From IMG/VR virus record IMGVR_UViG_3300020239_000018, positions 1-27,283 of that record: a DNA stretch of 27,283 nt, one strand, 5' to 3'. Below, in pieces: positions 18,701 to 26,043 of the stretch (within the stretch, counting starts at the first letter, position 1; every line of letters begins with the position of its first letter). The position numbers and the translations under genes are program-made. The notes under the pieces were generated by a model that saw only the letters and a program-made list of their open reading frames with translations, was not told where the DNA came from and ran no database searches. The DNA is from a virus (Duplodnaviria > Caudoviricetes).

Positions 18701-20937
18701 CAGAGGGCAGAGAGAACTTGATGTCAGACGCTGACATACAAGAAGGTCTAAGCTACGGCGCACAAAACCCAGAGTTTGACAGAGTGTATGGAAACTATAA
18801 CGCATTTAACGAAAAGGTTATGCAGTTTATGGTGGACACTGGTGCTATTGATTTAGAAACAAAAAGAAAGCTTACAGGGACAACTGATTACATACCTTTC
18901 TATAGAATTATAGAAGATGAAATGTATACTGAAGGTTTCTTTGGGCGGATAAAGAAGGCCAAGGAAGGCACATACGGAACAACTTCTGCTTTTGACAACC
19001 CGGAAGCGCAAATTAAATCTGCGATTAACAAGTTAAAGGGTGGTGAAGAGAAGATAGGTGACCTGTATGAAAATGTTTACAAAAATGTTAATGCGTTGGT
19101 TAACGCTGGATATCAAAACCTAGCCACACAAAGAATTGTAAAACTAACAGAAGAAATGAAACGTCAGGGTTTGTATGATGAGGTTGACCAACCCCGACAC
19201 ATAACTTCTTCTGAAGCTACAAACAACAACAACCACCTTACCTATAGGGAAAACGGGAAGACTAGGTTTTATGATGTGGGTAGTGATGGTGAACTACTTC
19301 AGGCAATGAGGTCATTTACACCTGTACAAATGCAAGGAATATTTGCTCGTATGCAGGACGTAGGTCGTTTCTTTAGAAGCGCAATTACAATGACCCCACC
19401 ATTTATGTTAGCTAACTTTTTACGCGGCGATATGGCTGGTTATGTGACGGTTGATGCACCAATACGTCCTATAGTTGATAGTGCAATCGGACTAAAGAAC
19501 GCTTTAAAAGACACAGAAACAGTCCAAGAAATGAAAACTTTGGCTGGCTTTGGTGGTTACACATTTGGAGATAATAAAGACTTCTCCAAAAAAATGAAGC
19601 GGTTCTATCGAAGACATCAGGGCTATGAAATCATAGACTCTGACAAAAAGTTAGAGGCTATGATGCAGTTTGCCCTAGATAAGGGTGCGGATTTAATTGA
19701 TGCGATTAACACAGGTGGTGAAGCCACGGAGAACGCAACAAGAGAGGGTATATACAGGCGACTTAGAGACTCTGGAATGTCCAAAGCTGACGCCGCTTAT
19801 GAAGCTTTGAACCTTATAAATTATAGTCGAAAGGGGAATCCTAATGATGCACTTGGCATGACAATAGCCACACTGGTTCCCCTTGTTCCATTCTTAAATG
19901 CAAGGCTTCAGGGTTTGTATAGAACTGGTACTGCATTTGGTGTGGAGGCTGACGCTAAAAGCACAATAAGAAAAGGCATGGGGATGTTTGCACTATCAAT
20001 GGCATACTATGCGGCGGCATCATCACATGACGAGTGGGACCAAGAACCCCTACACAGAAAACTTAATTACTATATCTTCTATATAGGTGACAAAAAGTTT
20101 CTTCTTCCTAAACCATTCGAGATTGGCGCAATCTTCTCCACAATACCCGAACTTATCATTGACGGAATAAGAAAAAGAGATGGACAACTAGTTGCTGAAG
20201 GTGTGAAACAAACTCTTTTAAACACCTTCTCGTTCAACCCTATCCCTCAGGCAATAAAACCTGTTGTCGAGGTGGCCACAAACCGCGACTTTTTCCGTGG
20301 TCGTGAATTAGAAAGTATGGGTGTTCGTGGATTACCCACAAAGCAGAGGGCATATTCAAACACATCTGAGTTCGCTAAGATGGTGGGTAACATTAGTCAA
20401 TATTTAGGCATCAGTCCTATTGAAGTAGAACAACTTATCAATGGTTATATTGGTTCTATGGGTCAATATCTTTATGCTGGTATGGATGCTATACTTGGGG
20501 CGTTTGGTGCCATACCATCTAAGCCATCTGGTGTCTTTGGAGATAGTATACCAGCAGACTTTGCTAATGTTTTAGGTCTGTCTCGGTTTGTAAAACCGCA
20601 AGGAACTGACCCAGCAAACCAGTACATGACTGACTTCTACGAATTAAAACGAGAGGCTGACGAAGTTGTTCGTGGCATCAACAGGTTGCGAGAGGAAGGT
20701 AACTATGAGGAAGCCAGAGATATGCGGTCAGATAATCGTGGCCTTATATCTGTGAGGTCAACCCTCAACAAGATGTATCAACAGTTAAACAATCTAAGTG
20801 ATAGAATATCTGGAGTTCGTGCGTCCGGCGAAGACCCGGATACCAAACAAAAACGTATTGACCAGTTAATACGACAAAGAAATAGGGTGGTAAAAAGGAT
20901 GGTAAAGATAAAGGAAAGAATAAGAAGGTTACAATAA
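12784..20937 (+). CDS. Giant polyvalent internal virion/DNA ejection protein (glycine-zipper region, zincin peptidase, unknown module, HhH-GPD-like domain, LPD38-like C-terminus)
   Basis: 2717-aa ORF, GTG start with SD GAGGG. Gly/Ala hydrophobic stretch at about 13213-13360; HEAFH at 15013-15027; GPKIG...VTIDKW at 17545-17616. The C-terminal VPFLNARLQG, PKPFEIG, NPIPQAIKP.VE..TN.DFF.GR and SPIEVEQLINGY motifs are of the LPD38 type. Confidence 0.8.
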   Translation: MQEIYIKQFNQTIAFPDSFTDEQITAAIKGDIIPQLQREEEEERLARERQEELENQGFFGRAADLIEAGGREFAGASAEGLATVADMIGGDRTDSFEQGLQSFAKGQREEARSIPGIQPILEAEGIGDVVSSGASYLAQSIPELAAVSAAFYAGGKGGAAVGTAIAPGPGTALGALIGSIGAGTAAGLLAFAGRNVEEFKRVQGRDPTFEEQQSILGTAAVQSAANTLLSKLLFAKGTGRTITGNMVKKGLQGTGAEALTETIQEALTIGQANNYEDIAELISNPENQRRLGESFLAGGLVGGGIGTASGVFGVEPTPDPDKDLKAAAEEFVAGRPQDPEAVSGPPPVPQLESFIMGGKRTDPTGPEIQPPRPQRVEPVVDREGNVQQQVLTGQQEPLLQARPDTRLTPDERARQINQDMVMDITRRAIENGQDPLVALSDPAIEQDIIKNIQLEQESDAVIAPTPVSQADKNVSRLNNRQLIEFAEQNADSDPILADITAKEIPIPAKARLIRRRLADKNISPTTSLEQDQQVGDPILRKTSAVDEDGKIRLTATPDTVQETDIATQPRMVRRTDTAEGKKLRQEIGPIVTRGLLDALKIRGGEASTRFTPDGLMDEDATSRAETRYQGATNYLMTRLDAMAKRGDQGAKAANAIKTQVLNNKKITSNEIVGAFLAADAIVDTLGGQGAQNGVDIRFFDRLTQRNDAYGFKLYEDTVEGKSKAVIELALQGDTVEGVRGTAAHEAFHVLQDFYASESPKDKKVLDSFYKLDKDGKVNYKALPASIKRLWKKHGREGYHDLALKGQLPDQIAKSPSEFQAMTYEYYKKAQAAGEANPLSGPMGGYFNFISQFLPRLKNSLNGMGFQTAQDVFARAGKGKTGQQLKGRKLTPREPAPFRQAAEEASERNIMEEYKKQVSSTGMQPTRDGDIIEGSIEYEMEAGPVTSVEQKAPLRDGVNFLRTLLRSDLSDIPELRGKIPQSLIDAAKGESMANFRTALLNHPSRYILDQTNDNRVIEKFGNHGLVIGEVEKNRASPEMDEDVTFTLVRMSGDGNNNIRVTTMRSTKADALETTQYLGTDSEPSTVYLPYSNETRQLNQQLIDEARISKSVRNIKRNVLVVSDVRTVYSDDLYEASTLIDENNAIRIGQEGGSVRLLNIDFKVDDSFEADEVFNTPINLSGMSKLYGAVLAGVRKALDAQKKRGERIDGIIFAGNESKRDATRATEGLFGANQKQRIYNRIAKMKSFAKEFPELSMETISGFGSTVMPTNKIRQAKADVQSRAQQRIEQQLALFNDDATTVDADFDVVDSEALEAILGEASMRFERVPDLSQVTPNRANNQVANTLGLTDRERALSSLDVLYNPDFSVTVPERDIGGPGPDGFERTAGSNINEVARALQNRALSIIGQAITKSNPETDEMLAKIMAAETVAAMQNNPDTNAANWYTENIKRAIASVSKLYPEIATNREHRSAFSVALAITSQGIKVDRNSAIGLGAYEFWRKNGRFPEFGEGEAAGAMRANFKTANKLMKAFNARGRNFRFVDFLDSQYTKRELMETLEQAGIDLKGPDSVSLSGENMDAKLYGSFVFGPKIGQGFYQNLMGNYDPVTIDKWFMRTWGRLTGTLIGKPAYKDNIAALRTMMLEEGIEFDQELFGTDEQYTLNKVSEVYKMGEDFYKQNREEIDAKRMAKSPAMKKAKNAYDNGMKPNEALNGTKRQWMRSVVVRAREILAQQGINVTSADLQAILWYPEKDLYDKLGNDGSGADRLNQSYEDSFGELIDGETGIRTVDGRGRFDSVRESIRQEDRQSRRGTGGTGGQEASIRLGRDYRTTEGMKRVLADPARDNVGRKFFNVLRPFTTKEGRKQQFNRFIDSAVHGLRPIGDREIRLSAAKYGVKRYLPFAEGAFKIAEFAQQRSGRMQQFIEHGPPVLGAEGEITIDNSIGGLRQIFSPVGTGKKYAQFMMYVYAKRAQRLKSEGRENLMSDADIQEGLSYGAQNPEFDRVYGNYNAFNEKVMQFMVDTGAIDLETKRKLTGTTDYIPFYRIIEDEMYTEGFFGRIKKAKEGTYGTTSAFDNPEAQIKSAINKLKGGEEKIGDLYENVYKNVNALVNAGYQNLATQRIVKLTEEMKRQGLYDEVDQPRHITSSEATNNNNHLTYRENGKTRFYDVGSDGELLQAMRSFTPVQMQGIFARMQDVGRFFRSAITMTPPFMLANFLRGDMAGYVTVDAPIRPIVDSAIGLKNALKDTETVQEMKTLAGFGGYTFGDNKDFSKKMKRFYRRHQGYEIIDSDKKLEAMMQFALDKGADLIDAINTGGEATENATREGIYRRLRDSGMSKADAAYEALNLINYSRKGNPNDALGMTIATLVPLVPFLNARLQGLYRTGTAFGVEADAKSTIRKGMGMFALSMAYYAAASSHDEWDQEPLHRKLNYYIFYIGDKKFLLPKPFEIGAIFSTIPELIIDGIRKRDGQLVAEGVKQTLLNTFSFNPIPQAIKPVVEVATNRDFFRGRELESMGVRGLPTKQRAYSNTSEFAKMVGNISQYLGISPIEVEQLINGYIGSMGQYLYAGMDAILGAFGAIPSKPSGVFGDSIPADFANVLGLSRFVKPQGTDPANQYMTDFYELKREADEVVRGINRLREEGNYEEARDMRSDNRGLISVRSTLNKMYQQLNNLSDRISGVRASGEDPDTKQKRIDQLIRQRNRVVKRMVKIKERIRRLQ

Positions 20938-21164
20938 TGTTTTACGCATCATTGTTATTTTGTTGGATATCTCTTAACGGTCCACAGTGCGTTGTAGCAG
21001 AGGACTCACTGGGTCCATACAAAGAAATAGCACAGTGTCAGGAACGCATTGAGGATATGTCCGAAAGGATACTTGAAGAGATGCCGTTCGCAGAAGTCCG
21101 TGGCTCTAAGTGTGATAGAGGTGGAGACAGCGGTGTATATAAAGGGTTTAGTGAATTTACATGA
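20937..21164 (+). CDS. Small hypothetical protein with hydrophobic N-terminus and four Cys
   Basis: TAATG-coupled to the giant gene; sequence MFYASLLFCW...C...GPY....C...C. Confidence 0.6.
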   Translation: MFYASLLFCWISLNGPQCVVAEDSLGPYKEIAQCQERIEDMSERILEEMPFAEVRGSKCDRGGDSGVYKGFSEFT

Positions 21165-21565
21165 GCCGCCAACCGCAAAGAGTAAATGAAAATACTGAGG
21201 TAGCCTTACCGCTTAGAAACATAATCAGCATGGTTGCGGCGGCAAGCCTAGCAACTTGGGCATACTTTGGTTTAATAGAACGACTCAATACACTTGAGAC
21301 AAATCAGACCATGATGAAGTCTGACCTAGAACAGAACACAGACTTCAGAATTAAATGGCCCCGTGGTGAGATGGGTTCACTGCCAGCGGACTCAGAACAG
21401 TTCATGCTTATAGAACACTTGGCTGGTGAGTTAGAAAAACTACAGAGTCAAATAGAAAATGGTCAAGCACCCTATGACCAACAACAGAAACTAACACTGG
21501 ACTTCTTTGAGAAACGCATAACAACCATAGAAGGTAACATAGAGAAGATGAGAAATGGTGGTTGA
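21161..21565 (+). CDS. Membrane-anchored coiled-coil protein (lysis region)
   Basis: One N-terminal TM segment (IISMVAAASLATWAYFGLI) followed by coiled coil; ATGA overlap with the previous gene. Confidence 0.65.
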   Translation: MSRQPQRVNENTEVALPLRNIISMVAAASLATWAYFGLIERLNTLETNQTMMKSDLEQNTDFRIKWPRGEMGSLPADSEQFMLIEHLAGELEKLQSQIENGQAPYDQQQKLTLDFFEKRITTIEGNIEKMRNGG

Positions 21566-21758
21566 GTTAACATTTGTTTTGCTGTTGGTAATGAGTGGTG
21601 AGAAGGTGGAATATACCCCTTACCAGTCATTATCAGAATGTTTGTCGGTCAGAAGAAAGATAAAAAGAAACACTGGCTCTGACGAGAAGTGGTCGTGCAA
21701 AGAAATGAAAGTCAAAATGAATGAAGACGGTAATATACTGGAGTTAATGGAAGAATGA
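21555..21758 (+). CDS. Small hypothetical protein with hydrophobic N-terminus and two Cys
   Basis: Sequence MVVELTFVLLLVM...SLSECL..RRKI.R...WSCK; overlaps both neighbours. Confidence 0.6.
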   Translation: MVVELTFVLLLVMSGEKVEYTPYQSLSECLSVRRKIKRNTGSDEKWSCKEMKVKMNEDGNILELMEE

Positions 21759-22141
21759 TACAGGCTATACTACCCATAGTGGGTGACCTAGCTGGCTCTT
21801 GGCTAAAGGGAAAGGCCGAAGAAAAAGCCGCTGTCGCCAAGACAAAGATTGCAAAGGCTGAAGCCGAAGCAGAGATTATGAAAGTAGCCGCCACCAGCGA
21901 AGCAAGCTGGGAAAAGGTAATGGCAAAGGGTTCGGTAAACTCGTGGAAAGACGAGTGGTTAACGGTGCTTTTTAGCATCCCCCTTATACTAGCCTTCTGT
22001 GGTGATTGGGGTAGGGAGATAGTAGCTAACGGTTTTGCCGCATTGGAAGCTATGCCTGAGTACTATCAGTACACCTTAGGAGTTATTGTATCTGCGTCAT
22101 TTGCAGTGCGTTCAGCAACAAAATTTTTTGGTAAGAAATAA
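21755..22141 (+). CDS. Holin-like membrane protein (3TM / gene-transfer-agent holin type)
   Basis: Amphipathic N-terminus, Ala/Lys/Glu helix, SWKDEW followed by two TM segments and a basic C-terminus; upstream of the lysozyme. Confidence 0.65.
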   Translation: MIQAILPIVGDLAGSWLKGKAEEKAAVAKTKIAKAEAEAEIMKVAATSEASWEKVMAKGSVNSWKDEWLTVLFSIPLILAFCGDWGREIVANGFAALEAMPEYYQYTLGVIVSASFAVRSATKFFGKK

Positions 22142-22350
22142 TGGTTGATTGGTGGAAAAGATGGCTTCAGTTTAACGTCACAGCCAAGCTAACTATGATT
22201 GCTTCTGTAGCTATGTCATGGAGATGTGCTGAATGGTTTATGAATCTTGAAGACCCAACAACACAGCAGTCGGCGTTCGTATCTGTTATAATGGGTGTTA
22301 TGACAGGTGTGTATGGTATCTATTTAGGAAGAGAATCGAGAGGAAAATAA
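22141..22350 (+). CDS. Small two-TM membrane protein (holin/antiholin candidate)
   Basis: Two hydrophobic segments flanking WFMNLEDPTTQQSAFVS; TAATG coupling. Confidence 0.6.
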   Translation: MVDWWKRWLQFNVTAKLTMIASVAMSWRCAEWFMNLEDPTTQQSAFVSVIMGVMTGVYGIYLGRESRGK

Positions 22351-22351
22351 C

Positions 22352-22471
22352 GTGGATAGACGAGTCAAAGCTAAAGTAAAGAGGGTTGCGTCTGGTTTGC
22401 GTAAAGCATCAAGGAAACATGCAAGACAGGCAAAGACCTTAACGTCCGTGCTAAAAAAGAAGAAGAAGTGA
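22352..22471 (+). CDS. Very basic 39-aa protein (not in ORF track)
   Basis: GTG start after the SD GAGAGGA; translates to MDRRVKAKVKRVASGLRKASRKHARQAKTLTSVLKKKKK and fills the gap exactly. Confidence 0.6.
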   Translation: MDRRVKAKVKRVASGLRKASRKHARQAKTLTSVLKKKKK

Positions 22472-22472
22472 T

Positions 22473-22649
22473 ATGGTATTTGACCATTCACAAAGAACAA
22501 CAGCTAGTCAGGCGCGGCGCAATAGGTTAAAAAGATATTTCGATTTCGGAAGACTGAAGAATAGAAGGCGCAGAGTGCCTTACAAGTCACCAGTCAGGAG
22601 AGAAGAAGATGGATATAGAATTACTAAGGGAAGAACTGACACTAGATGA
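22473..22649 (+). CDS. Arg-rich 58-aa protein (not in ORF track)
   Basis: ATG 1 nt after the previous stop; translates to MVFDHSQRTTASQARRNRLKRYFDFGRLKNRRRRVPYKSPVRREEDGYRITKGRTDTR; overlaps the lysozyme start by 41 nt. Confidence 0.45.
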   Translation: MVFDHSQRTTASQARRNRLKRYFDFGRLKNRRRRVPYKSPVRREEDGYRITKGRTDTR

Positions 22650-23061
22650 AGGGTGTAAGGAAGAGATATACCTCTGTTCAGAAGGACACCCTACATTTGG
22701 AATCGGTCATTTAATAGTGAGGGGTGACCCTGAGTTTGGTAAAGACTTGGGAACAAGTGTAGCCTTTCACCGTGTTAAAGAAGTTTTTGAACAGGACATA
22801 GCAACATGCATAGCAGATTGTACACTAATATTCAAAGGCTGGGACGATTATCCAGAAGAAGCGCAGAGATGTTTTGCGAACATGTGCTTTCAACTTGGGA
22901 GGCCAAGGTTGAGCCAGTTCAAAAAAACCATTGCGTTTGCGGAAAGCGGCGAATGGGAAAACGTAGCAACCGAGATTCTCGATTCGAGATGGGCAAAGCA
23001 GACTCCGAATCGCGCACAGAGAATATCTGACCGTTTTCTAAAACTAGCTATCCCTGTATAA
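22609..23061 (+). CDS. Endolysin, T4-lysozyme-like (GH24)
   Basis: DEG....YLCSEGHPTFGIGHL catalytic region, NMCFQLG, and DSRWAKQTPNRAQR, which matches the T4 lysozyme SRW..QTPNRA.R motif. Confidence 0.9.
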   Translation: MDIELLREELTLDEGCKEEIYLCSEGHPTFGIGHLIVRGDPEFGKDLGTSVAFHRVKEVFEQDIATCIADCTLIFKGWDDYPEEAQRCFANMCFQLGRPRLSQFKKTIAFAESGEWENVATEILDSRWAKQTPNRAQRISDRFLKLAIPV

Positions 23062-23091
23062 TATTATTAACTGGTAAATGGATAAAGTTAA

Positions 23092-23580
23092 TTAGCCAGC
23101 GTTCCCGGTTTGTGCTAACCAACTCTTAAATTCATTTACCAGTTCATCCAGTTGGAACCTCACATCGTCCCTTTCCACATGAGCCAACTCAGAACGAGAA
23201 CTGATACCAAGAAAAGTTCTAAGGGCATTTGTTGTCTCCACTTCTGCATCTTGCATACCCCAATCATAGAACCCCTCTTCTGAGGCACGTTCCTCAAGGT
23301 ACTTCTGAAACTTCTCGTTCTTACACATCATGACAGAACGCTGTATATATTTTTTTCTGGGGTCTTCACTCGTTGGCTGTTCTGGATTGTCGTAATCCAA
23401 CGCCTTCAATCCGATAGCTAGGGGTGTACCCATAGGTGCAAAGACAAGCCAGTCAGCCGCACCAAACTCATGAACCGTCAGTGTTAGTTGCCACAGCCCG
23501 TCCGTAGTTTGACGTATTGCATGTTTCTTTGCTTCAAATCCACTTACTGCTGTGAAAGCTTCGCGTGGTACTGGCTTCAT
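23092..23580 (-). CDS. Conserved phage hypothetical protein
   Basis: C-terminal MC.NEKFQKYL...NALR.FLGISSRSEL pattern, seen in phage proteins near recombination genes; SD AAGGA upstream. Confidence 0.65.
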   Translation of the reverse strand: MKPVPREAFTAVSGFEAKKHAIRQTTDGLWQLTLTVHEFGAADWLVFAPMGTPLAIGLKALDYDNPEQPTSEDPRKKYIQRSVMMCKNEKFQKYLEERASEEGFYDWGMQDAEVETTNALRTFLGISSRSELAHVERDDVRFQLDELVNEFKSWLAQTGNAG

Positions 23581-23821
23581 CCTTTATCCTCTTTACTGAT
23601 AAGTCATACCCCAATACGTTAAAGCAAGCCCTTAGTATATCTAAGCTTGGCCTACGATTGTATTTCCATTTAGTTATTATTGATGGGTCACTAACCCCCA
23701 CCTTCCTGCACATATCCCTAGCTGTAATTTGCTGTTCATTCATCTCATCAATAAGCCTCTTCACAAGATAGAATGTATTATCTGGATATGACTGCTTAAT
23801 ATAAGAGCCATCACGCCTCAT
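23534..23821 (-). CDS. XRE/Cro-CI-type helix-turn-helix protein
   Basis: ITARDMCRKVGVSDPSIITKWKYNRRPSLDILRACFNVLGY; SD GAGGA upstream. Confidence 0.75.
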   Translation of the reverse strand: MRRDGSYIKQSYPDNTFYLVKRLIDEMNEQQITARDMCRKVGVSDPSIITKWKYNRRPSLDILRACFNVLGYDLSVKRIKDEASTTRSFHSSKWI

Positions 23822-23978
23822 CTAGTTCCTCGTAGTACTGCGCCCTGTATGCTTCCCGTATTAATTCAGCTACAGATATAAACTTCCCCTGTTGTTTTGT
23901 TTGGTCATGGGATATTTTTGCCAGCACTTGGTATTCTTTGAGCGGTAATCTTAAGTTATACGTTTTTGTGTTCGCCAT
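23811..23978 (-). CDS. Ribbon-helix-helix (CopG/Arc-like) DNA-binding protein, 55 aa (not in ORF track)
   Basis: Hand translation gives MANTKTYNLRLPLKEYQVLAKISHDQTKQQGKFISVAELIREAYRAQYYEELDEA: an alternating beta strand (TYNLRL), a helix, then an SVAELIREA helix. It fills the gap and overlaps both neighbours. Confidence 0.7.
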   Translation of the reverse strand: MANTKTYNLRLPLKEYQVLAKISHDQTKQQGKFISVAELIREAYRAQYYEELDEA

Positions 23979-24267
23979 CTGTTTCACTTGTTTGTCTCCA
24001 CAAATTTTCAGCTATCTTCACACTGTCAATCCCCTCAAAAACCCAGAACAATCGTTCACCTTCTTTTGTTGTGTGTAATTTGTGGTGACACAAACCACAT
24101 AAGGGAACAACCCACTGGTCTCCTACCTTCTGCCCCATACCTCTGTGTTCCGCAAACTGTATATGATGTGCGTGGTTTGGTGGTGGGCATGAACATACTA
24201 AACAGGGCATTTTTCTAACCCTGTTTAGATGTTTCGGGGAGCGAACCTTCTTAGAACGGAATCTCAT
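23956..24267 (-). CDS. DUF968/Ref-like Zn-binding HNH-type nuclease
   Basis: PCLVC....AHH....GMGQK.GD..VVPLC..CH..LH motif. Confidence 0.75.
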   Translation of the reverse strand: MRFRSKKVRSPKHLNRVRKMPCLVCSCPPPNHAHHIQFAEHRGMGQKVGDQWVVPLCGLCHHKLHTTKEGERLFWVFEGIDSVKIAENLWRQTSETDGEHKNV

Positions 24268-24538
24268 CGTCTATTGACTGGTCAACCGTCTGCGCTGGTG
24301 TAGACATTGGGGTAACACCGCCCTGCGGCTGTGGTATACTAAGCTTCAGCTTCATATAACTCATCCCCTTTTGAGATTTTTGCATCCACCCAGCGACATT
24401 ATATTTAATGCCGTCTACCTCTGCATTGCCAGTGTAGTCTGGGTGCTTCTCTTTGCCCTGAACAATATCACCATCAGTGCCAAACTTATCTTTGTTTCTG
24501 AACAAAGCACCTGTCAGGTTGTTATCATAATCAGCCAT
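24251..24538 (-). CDS. Small single-stranded DNA-binding protein
   Basis: GALFRN...HPDYTG.....G.....AGW motif plus the acidic SSB-type C-terminal tip DDEIPF; SD AAGGAG. Confidence 0.7.
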   Translation of the reverse strand: MADYDNNLTGALFRNKDKFGTDGDIVQGKEKHPDYTGNAEVDGIKYNVAGWMQKSQKGMSYMKLKLSIPQPQGGVTPMSTPAQTVDQSIDDEIPF

Positions 24539-25190
24539 TGGACTTCTCCTTCTTGCTTGCCAAATCTTTTCTCTTCTTCTCGATATTTACTTTAAGGTCT
24601 TTGTAAGAGGATTTGTCTTGTTCCTCTAGCTTCTCAAAGAAACCTTTGTGCTTTACCAGTAACTTGTTAATATCCTCTACTGTACTGCACTTCTCCGCCA
24701 GCCTCATGAACTTATCTGAAGTCATGTTTTTTGGCAAAAGGTCTACCACTTTCTCTGTATTTTTAGCATTGTCAATTTCCTCAAAGGATGCCATCTGTCC
24801 ACCATGTAATCCTAGCACAGCAAGCATACGACCCACAGCACTCGTCTCGCTATTCTCGACTGCGCTTGTTTGATTAATGCGGTGTGCGTCACGGTTTTCT
24901 TCGGATGTTCCAACAGACTTTACATTCTTCATCTGAACTATCTCCTTACCTTCTTCGGTAAAGATTACATCGACTTGTTCTGCTAGATAAGCCCGTGTTA
25001 TAACCTTATCATTCATGAAGCTTACCTTTGTAAAAACAGGCACCAGTGACTCTATGTCTGATGCATCTAGGTTACCCCTGAACAATTCAACTCTTAATGG
25101 AACAGTCGAATATTCCTTATTGTGTATGTTTATCTTGCCTTCACTTGCTTTGGATATTTTCTTTTGAATATCCTCAATCTTATTCGACAT
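24531..25190 (-). CDS. Single-strand annealing protein (Rad52/Sak/Erf-like recombinase)
   Basis: KEY..V..RV..FR start and INQTSAVENSETSAVGRMLAVLG..G..AS.EE core; located between an exonuclease and an SSB. Confidence 0.7.
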   Translation of the reverse strand: MSNKIEDIQKKISKASEGKINIHNKEYSTVPLRVELFRGNLDASDIESLVPVFTKVSFMNDKVITRAYLAEQVDVIFTEEGKEIVQMKNVKSVGTSEENRDAHRINQTSAVENSETSAVGRMLAVLGLHGGQMASFEEIDNAKNTEKVVDLLPKNMTSDKFMRLAEKCSTVEDINKLLVKHKGFFEKLEEQDKSSYKDLKVNIEKKRKDLASKKEKSNG

Positions 25191-26037
25191 CGCCTAGCAC
25201 CTCTTCGGTAAATAACTCAGACTGATACTGTTCACAGAACTCAGCCACCTCACAGAACCGCTGGCATCTAATTGGCTCCGACTTTCTTTTTTCTATACTG
25301 ACGGGTGCCTTGGTTTGGAACTCAAGGGCTTGTTCTTCGGTGTCAAAAACTCGCAAGGCTTTCCCAGTTTTCTGAGATACGACTGCAAATTTTGGACTTG
25401 ACATCCACCTCTCTTCATCTGTGCAGAGGGGGATTTCTTCGGTAAAGTGATGTTGTATTCTTTCATAAACGTAGTTCTCCGCTTGTGACTTTGACCACAA
25501 GGGTAACTCAAACACAGGGAACATGGTATCTGGGTATGTGCCAGTGACACGCTTATCAGACCAGTCCCTTATTAACCCACTAATGTAGAGTCCCTTGGGT
25601 TCCATATCATTTTGCCTGAGGATATATGCATATATATTAAGCTGTGCCTCAAACTCTTTAAGTTCTGTCTGGGCTTTGTAAGCTGTCATTACCTTATAGT
25701 CCCAGATGTTATAGCCACCATCATGTGGCTCAAGGGCATCTATCGCACCAGATATTAACTTGTCACCAGCCGATGCATAGAACCTTTGTTCACACACCCA
25801 ATCTTCTGGGGCATACTGTTCCATATACCCATGCCATGCCTCGCCCAGCTTGGCAAAGCCACGCTTCAAGTAGTCAGGCTTGATATCTTTGTAGTGAAGT
25901 TTGTACAACCTGTTGACCCTTGGGCTATCCTTAAGTCTGGTTGCGCTTATGTCCGTTGGAAGAGAGCCAGCATCGTAATTCTCTGCATGTAGATACCGCT
26001 TCACGGACTCTGGTAATATTTCTTTGCTAAGTTTCAT
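25180..26037 (-). CDS. PD-(D/E)XK exonuclease (RecB/Cas4-like)
   Basis: ISAT.L..PR, G..WH, E.RF, ISGAID, WDYK, QLNIY motifs and a C-terminal Cys cluster. Start placed at the ATG at 26037 (MKLSKE) because 26038-26094 holds promoter elements. Confidence 0.8.
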   Translation of the reverse strand: MKLSKEILPESVKRYLHAENYDAGSLPTDISATRLKDSPRVNRLYKLHYKDIKPDYLKRGFAKLGEAWHGYMEQYAPEDWVCEQRFYASAGDKLISGAIDALEPHDGGYNIWDYKVMTAYKAQTELKEFEAQLNIYAYILRQNDMEPKGLYISGLIRDWSDKRVTGTYPDTMFPVFELPLWSKSQAENYVYERIQHHFTEEIPLCTDEERWMSSPKFAVVSQKTGKALRVFDTEEQALEFQTKAPVSIEKRKSEPIRCQRFCEVAEFCEQYQSELFTEEVLGDVE

Positions 26038-26043
26038 ACCATA

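Noticed and set aside
23056-23091. Terminator or promoter at the convergent junction (TATAAT at 23057-23062; AT-rich tract resembling 4546-4561)
   Set aside because: No convincing GC hairpin with a U-tract and no -35; the similarity to the 4546 tract may just reflect AT-richness.
25180-26037. Cas4-like nuclease as a sign of a CRISPR system
   Set aside because: No repeat-spacer array or other cas genes seen; the context is a phage recombination operon.
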